Below are positions 58,949 to 64,000 of a stretch of 64,000 bases of DNA, piece by piece. Source of the DNA: an uncultured archaeon. Lineage in GTDB: Archaea; Iainarchaeota; Iainarchaeia; Iainarchaeales; CAZILS01. Positions within the stretch are counted from its first letter, which is position 1, and the number at the start of each line of letters is the position of its first letter. Both the position numbers and the translations under genes were made by a program. Where the stretch lies: NCBI GenBank assembly GCA_964540145.1, contig CAZILS010000004.1, positions 605-64,604 on the forward strand, read 5' to 3'. The notes beneath the pieces were generated by a model that saw nothing but the letters and a program-made list of their open reading frames with translations, was not told the origin of the DNA and did not search any database.

Positions 58949-59532
58949 GATTTCACCTCCTTTGGCGCAGTCAGGTCTATAACAGTATCGATAAATTGCC
59001 TCAGCAGGGCAACCATGCCCTTGTCCTTCTCCGCGCTTATCGCAAGCACAACCCCAATCACGCCCCAGCTTTCCATCCTCCCGCATAAAAACCTCGCAAA
59101 CTTGTTGACTGTATTGGGCTCGTGGAAAACCGAGAGCGAGGAAAACGAATCGAAAATGAGGAATCTTTTTCCCCGGGAAATCGCGGACATTGCGTTTTCT
59201 ATCGCGATGCCGAGGTCGGTAAGGTTCTGCGGGGTGTCTATGTAAAGGCAGCCCTTTACCTTGCCCGCCCCCTCCTTATCCCTCTCGGAGGAGATTGCAT
59301 CGATGAAAATCACCCTCTCGGTGTCAACGCCCTTTGCATCCAGCAAGTACTTTAGTTTGCGGTAAGGCTTGTTAAGCGTGACGTAAATGCCTGCCAAACC
59401 CCTATTCTTCACGAGGTACTCTGTTATTTCCATGTTTGTTTCAGTAAGCCTGCTTGGGCTCTCAATAACAAGCGCAATCTTGTTTTTGTCCTTGAATGCG
59501 TTCTCAAGTTTTTTTAGAATTATTTCGTCCAT
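58945..59532 (-). CDS. Degenerate KaiC/RecA-like domain protein (DUF835-like)
   Basis: GIYVTLNKPY, IFIDAIS, PQNLTDL, LIFDSFS; no Walker A. Confidence 0.75.
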   Translation of the reverse strand: MDEIILKKLENAFKDKNKIALVIESPSRLTETNMEITEYLVKNRGLAGIYVTLNKPYRKLKYLLDAKGVDTERVIFIDAISSERDKEGAGKVKGCLYIDTPQNLTDLGIAIENAMSAISRGKRFLIFDSFSSLSVFHEPNTVNKFARFLCGRMESWGVIGVVLAISAEKDKGMVALLRQFIDTVIDLTAPKEVKS

Positions 59533-59573
59533 GCAAAAACCATAATCAAATTCTATTTAAATTTTCCTTCCGC

Positions 59574-61244
59574 TTAAAACACCTCGACTTCCGGATAGAC
59601 CGCCATTCCGTCCTTCTCAAACCCGATTGCGAGGAGCTTGTTTGTGTGTTTTGTCCCCCTCATCTTCAGGATTTCGCAGCTGTGCACCCTGACCGCACTG
59701 TCGCTTTTCTTAGAGTAATAAAGCGAGATTACCGCATCCGTAAGGAAGCCGATGCTTCCCTCCTTGATTTCCGCAACCTTCGGGGGCAGCTCCGAGATAA
59801 GCAAGGAAGTTACGCCCCATGACTTTAACATGTCGATGAGCCTTATGATGCTCTCCCTCCTCTGGTATTCCTCCCGGAAAAGGAGGCTGTAAGCAGTGAC
59901 AGAGTCCATGGCGAGCCTTGTTGCCCCCATCTCCCTTATCGCATCCTTGATAGGTCCCCCGCCCTGGGTTACCAATTTCTCGGCCTGGTGCGGCCTGTAC
60001 TCAAGAATCCTGAAAAGGTTTTTTTTCTCCAGCGCCTCGAAATCCCATCCGAATGCGGAGGAATGCCTTATCAGGGAAGCCCTGTCCTCCTCAAAACTGA
60101 TGAATATCCCGGGCTCGTTGTCCCGCAGCGCGCCATAGTAAAGATACTGCAGGCAGAACAAGGTTTTTCCGGAGCCTGCAGACCCGACAACCAAAACCGC
60201 AGAGCCCCTTTCAAAACCCCCCTCTATAAGTTTGTCAAGCCCCTTAACCCCTGATTTAATTCTTTCAATCGTCAACGCAGGTTTCTTCGCCTTTGCCTTT
60301 ACAACAGGCGTTCCCTTAAGGTTTGGCCTCTTTCCCCCCCGGGTATCGGGGCTCTCGAGAAGCTCCTTAAGCGCGGTCCTGACCTTGCTATGGCCTCCGT
60401 CGGTTTTTATCGCCGCGGTTTCCCCCTCTTTCAGGGAACGTGCAACCCCTGAAACATCCATCGACCTTTTGCCCTCGTCTTTCAGGCTGTTTTTTATGTC
60501 TTCCATTGCGGAGGCGATTTTGCCCGCGAAGGAGGAAGGCGCCTCCCCGGCCACAACCGCCGGTTTTGGGGCGGGCATTTTCCCGCCATGCCCTGCTGCC
60601 GAAGTATCCTTTGGCTCTGCGGTGCCTGCCCTCTGCCCGGGAAGATGCAGGGGAACCGCCCCTCCTTTTAAGGAGGGTGCCGCCAGACCGAAGGGAGGTG
60701 CCCCAGCCGAGCCGGCAGGCGAAGGTGCCGAAGGAATTTCAATTTCCTTCTTCGCTTTGGGGGGAACGGAAATCTTTCTTTTAACAATTGGAACTTTTTT
60801 TTCTGTTTTCCTCTTGGCGGGAACCGAAGGCTTTCTTTTTAGGGAAAGGGCCGAACCCTTCCCTTTCGGTTTCTTCGCACGAGGCGGCTTCGCCGTCGCA
60901 ATCTTTGTGGGAATGGCAACCCTGCCCTTTGCAACAACCTTAACCCCTGCATATTTTCCCGCGGAAGGCACCCTTATCTCAACTTTTGGTTTTTCTCCGA
61001 GGCCCCCAAAATCCTTTTTCCCGTTTTCCCTGAGTTTTCCCAAAACCCTTCCGGGAATTGCCGCGCCCCTCGCCTTTCCGGCTGCGCCGCCTATTGCGGG
61101 CTTTTTCGAAACATTAATCTTGACGGTTGATTTTCCCCTTGCACCATCCCGTTTTTTTTTCACCACAGATTTCCCATTCTTTTTTTCTTTGGGAGTAAGC
61201 AGTCTCCCAATAACCCTTCCCGGAACAGCGCTAAGTCCTGCCAA
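59574..61244 (-). CDS. KaiC/RAD55-family ATPase with long Lys/Pro-rich N-terminal region
   Basis: SGVKGLD, GSAGSGKT, ISFEE, MDS, KMRGT.H. Confidence 0.9.
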   Translation of the reverse strand: MAGLSAVPGRVIGRLLTPKEKKNGKSVVKKKRDGARGKSTVKINVSKKPAIGGAAGKARGAAIPGRVLGKLRENGKKDFGGLGEKPKVEIRVPSAGKYAGVKVVAKGRVAIPTKIATAKPPRAKKPKGKGSALSLKRKPSVPAKRKTEKKVPIVKRKISVPPKAKKEIEIPSAPSPAGSAGAPPFGLAAPSLKGGAVPLHLPGQRAGTAEPKDTSAAGHGGKMPAPKPAVVAGEAPSSFAGKIASAMEDIKNSLKDEGKRSMDVSGVARSLKEGETAAIKTDGGHSKVRTALKELLESPDTRGGKRPNLKGTPVVKAKAKKPALTIERIKSGVKGLDKLIEGGFERGSAVLVVGSAGSGKTLFCLQYLYYGALRDNEPGIFISFEEDRASLIRHSSAFGWDFEALEKKNLFRILEYRPHQAEKLVTQGGGPIKDAIREMGATRLAMDSVTAYSLLFREEYQRRESIIRLIDMLKSWGVTSLLISELPPKVAEIKEGSIGFLTDAVISLYYSKKSDSAVRVHSCEILKMRGTKHTNKLLAIGFEKDGMAVYPEVEVF

Positions 61245-61409
61245 TCAATCTCAACTCGCCTTGTTTCTTGCTTTTCAGTGCCTGTTTTTCACTGTGAAGA
61301 TATTATACTTTCCCTGAATATAAAACTATTGACAAATATAATACAACACCATTATATACTACTTATTTCTAATTAATTGAAGAAACTAAACCCTATTGGG
61401 GAGATTGGC

Positions 61410-61787
61410 ATGCAGGGCAAAATTTTGATTGTTGACGACGAATTTGACGACCTTTTTTCGATGAAGGAAATCCTTGAGGGAAACGGGTTTGAGGTAAAAA
61501 CAGCGGCAAACGGCGCACAGGCCCTAGACCTCATAGAGAACGAGAAGTTCAGCTTTATCCTTCTTGATATACTAATGCCCGTGCTTTCGGGATATGGCCT
61601 CATGCGCCTTTTTAGGCAGAGAATAGACAGGAAAATGCCGATTGTTTATGTTTCGATAAAGCCAAGCCAGGATGTCGACATGGATGATATTGACGGCTTC
61701 ATCCAGAAGCCGTTTACCCCCGAAAGTCTTTTTAGCGGAGTTACGAATGCGATTAAAAAATTCAAACCGGGAGATGTGGCAAAATGA
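61410..61787 (+). CDS. Stand-alone response regulator receiver
   Basis: ILIVDDE, LLDILMP, FIQKPF. Confidence 0.92.
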   Translation: MQGKILIVDDEFDDLFSMKEILEGNGFEVKTAANGAQALDLIENEKFSFILLDILMPVLSGYGLMRLFRQRIDRKMPIVYVSIKPSQDVDMDDIDGFIQKPFTPESLFSGVTNAIKKFKPGDVAK

Positions 61788-62137
61788 AGACAATAATGGT
61801 GGTAGATGACGAGCCGGACATAAGGGAAACAGTAAAAGCTGTTTTAGAGAAAAATGGTTTTGCGGTGGTTACCGCGGTCAGCGGTGACGATGCCCTGGAG
61901 AAACTCAAAACCGAGAAACCAGACCTGGTGCTGATGGATATCATGATGCCCGGAACTCCTGTAAAGGAAATAATCCCAAAGATAAAGCGGTTCAAGGTCG
62001 CGTACCTCAGTGTTGTCAGGCTGTCGGAAGCGGAAAGAGAGGCGCTCACAGAGTCCGAGAACGTTGTGGATTTTATCCAGAAGCCGTTTGACATAGCGGA
62101 ACTTCTGGGGCGCGTAAAAAAACTGGTCGGGGAATAA
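61784..62137 (+). CDS. Stand-alone response regulator receiver
   Basis: IMVVDDE, LMDIMMPG, FIQKPF. Confidence 0.92.
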   Translation: MKTIMVVDDEPDIRETVKAVLEKNGFAVVTAVSGDDALEKLKTEKPDLVLMDIMMPGTPVKEIIPKIKRFKVAYLSVVRLSEAEREALTESENVVDFIQKPFDIAELLGRVKKLVGE

Positions 62138-62138
62138 A

Positions 62139-62690
62139 ATGGATATCGCGAAGGAGCTTGCGGGCAACCAGACGATTCTTCTTCTTATGCCCGGCTTAGA
62201 GTACGGCGAAATAACCGCGGGCTTGGCGAAGCAGCTTTCAAAAGGGACTGTCTGCTATTTCACGCTGAACAAAACTTTCTCCTCGCTCCTCGCAAGCTTC
62301 AAGAAGCAGGGCGTGAAAACAGGCAACATGCTTTTCGTTGACGCAATCTCAAAAAGCATGAGGGCGGTTCCGGACCAGACCGAGCAGTGTTATTACGTAA
62401 GCTCGCCCGGCGCCCTGACCGAACTCTCGATTGTGCTTTCCAAGGTGCTTAGGCACAACTTCGATTACATTGTTTTTGACTCCCTCACAAACCTCCTCAT
62501 CTACCAGGAAAGGGATCCTGTCGCAAAATTCATCTCGAACTTTGTCAACAGAGTAGGGGCAAGCGAAAGCAAGGCGGTTTTCTACGCCCTGAAAATGGAG
62601 CAGCATGCGGAACTTGTGCAGGAATGCTCGATGTTTGTCGATAAGGTAATTGACCTTTCCGGTTCCGGTCCCGGGGCGAAGGGCAAATGA
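62139..62690 (+). CDS. Degenerate KaiC/RecA-like domain protein, paralog of 58945-59532
   Basis: CYFTLNK, LFVDAIS, SPGALTEL, VFDSLTNL. Confidence 0.75.
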   Translation: MDIAKELAGNQTILLLMPGLEYGEITAGLAKQLSKGTVCYFTLNKTFSSLLASFKKQGVKTGNMLFVDAISKSMRAVPDQTEQCYYVSSPGALTELSIVLSKVLRHNFDYIVFDSLTNLLIYQERDPVAKFISNFVNRVGASESKAVFYALKMEQHAELVQECSMFVDKVIDLSGSGPGAKGK

Positions 62691-62702
62691 GGGGTGCGGG
62701 CG

Positions 62703-64000
62703 ATGGCTGAAAAACCAGGTTTTCCCGGATTTTTCTCAAAAAGCATAACCGGAAAGGTTTTCTTCGGCCTCCTCATCGTCATAATCCTAACCCTGTCGAT
62801 TACGGCAGTTTATATCCTTGGGATAACCTATGTTTCCGGGCAGTTCATGGAATTAAAGGACACGTCTGTCCCCCTGATATCCTCGATAACCGAGACCGAG
62901 GCGCTTTCGAAAGAGGCCCAGTCAAATGCCGTGCTTTACATCTACGCCGGCCTGGATAAGGGCGCTGTTGAAACATCGATACTTAACCTTGAAAACAAGG
63001 CATTGGAACATTTTTCATATATAGGCAGGGCAACCCTTGCCGAAAAGGAGGTTGCGGGAGAGCTTACCGAAAACATAAAACTTATGGGCAATAAGATAGA
63101 GGAGATTGTTGAACTGAAAGAGGCGGGTGCTTCGCAGGCGGAACTCGGGGACAAGTACCTTCTTGAGGTGATGCCGCTCTCATCCAAAATCGACCAAAGA
63201 ATCCTTTACCTTAAGGATGCCTATTCGGAAGGCATGTCCAAGGCGGGGATTTCAATAGCCATGAGCCTTGGCGCGGTGCTGGCATGGCTTTTCTTTTCAA
63301 CCCTGCTAATAATTGCGGGTTTCATATTCTTCGCAAGGGCTGTCTCAAACCTCTTCGCAAAGCCGATACAGGACCTCACCAACGCAACAAGGGAGATGCA
63401 GACGGGCAACTTCTCCCAGAGAGTAGACATAAAGACAGGGGATGAGCTTGAGGAACTCGGAAATGCGCTTAACACGGCAATCGCGGTCCTCGCAGATACC
63501 GACCGCGAGAGGAAACAATTGGATGTCGCAAAGACGGAATTCCTAAGCATAACCTCCCACGAGCTCAGAAGCCCCATGACTCCCATGAAGGCGCAGCTCC
63601 AGATGCTTAGGGAAGGCTACTTCGGCAGGCTTTCCGAAAAGCAGAAGGAAAGCCTGAACATAGTCTTGAGGAATGCGGACAGGCTCGACAAGATAATAGC
63701 GGACTTTTTGGAGATATCGAGGATTGAGGCGGCAAGGCTTAAGTTCTCATTCAAGAGGATGAACCCTGAGAAAACAATCATTGAGACTGCGGAGTATATG
63801 GAAAACTACATGCCCGAAAAGAAAATAACCATAAGCACACGGGTCGGCAGGCTCCCGGAGATTGAGGTTGACCCCGACAGGATAAGCCAGGTATTGAGGA
63901 ACCTGATTAACAACGCCATAAAGTTTTCCAAGGATGGCGGAAGGATTGACGTTGCAGCGGAGACAATGAAGGACCACATCCTTGTGAGGGTCAGGGATTA
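62703..64000 (+). CDS. Membrane sensor histidine kinase with HAMP domain (3' end outside window; absent from ORF track)
   Basis: Two TMs, HAMP (KPI..L..A..GNFS..GDELEEL), H box FLSITSHELRSPMT, N box LRNLINNAIKFS; H box in frame with ATG at 62703. Confidence 0.92.
   Translation, partial: MAEKPGFPGFFSKSITGKVFFGLLIVIILTLSITAVYILGITYVSGQFMELKDTSVPLISSITETEALSKEAQSNAVLYIYAGLDKGAVETSILNLENKALEHFSYIGRATLAEKEVAGELTENIKLMGNKIEEIVELKEAGASQAELGDKYLLEVMPLSSKIDQRILYLKDAYSEGMSKAGISIAMSLGAVLAWLFFSTLLIIAGFIFFARAVSNLFAKPIQDLTNATREMQTGNFSQRVDIKTGDELEELGNALNTAIAVLADTDRERKQLDVAKTEFLSITSHELRSPMTPMKAQLQMLREGYFGRLSEKQKESLNIVLRNADRLDKIIADFLEISRIEAARLKFSFKRMNPEKTIIETAEYMENYMPEKKITISTRVGRLPEIEVDPDRISQVLRNLINNAIKFSKDGGRIDVAAETMKDHILVRVRD

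Overview
Archaeal chromosomal segment, most likely DPANN (Diapherotrites/Iainarchaeota-like; inferred from Alba, archaeal NusA, thermosome, Sec61-beta, deoxyhypusine synthase, histone-fold protein and class III signal-peptide pilins, not from a search). Left to right: an AT-rich sulfur-relay/redox operon (DsrEFH-like, YeeE, TusA, orphan GcvH-like, glutaredoxin-CcdA); housekeeping genes with three tRNAs (Leu-TAG, Val-CAC, and an unusual Ile-TAT directly upstream of ileS); an ECF transporter; an AbiE-like toxin-antitoxin islet inserted in a box C/D guide sRNA; a Tad-like type IV pilus locus; and a KaiC plus two-component cluster cut by the window edge. Most striking: (1) a minor pilin with 18 Cys-rich 29-aa repeats arranged symmetrically around a central WFIIWW motif, a possible disulfide-stapled harpoon; (2) a C/D sRNA used as an integration site; (3) small multi-hairpin inserts, bracketed by duplicated RNA 3' ends, at two tRNAs and the sRNA, sharing hairpin motifs. 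All product calls come from motif recognition by eye; no database search was run.
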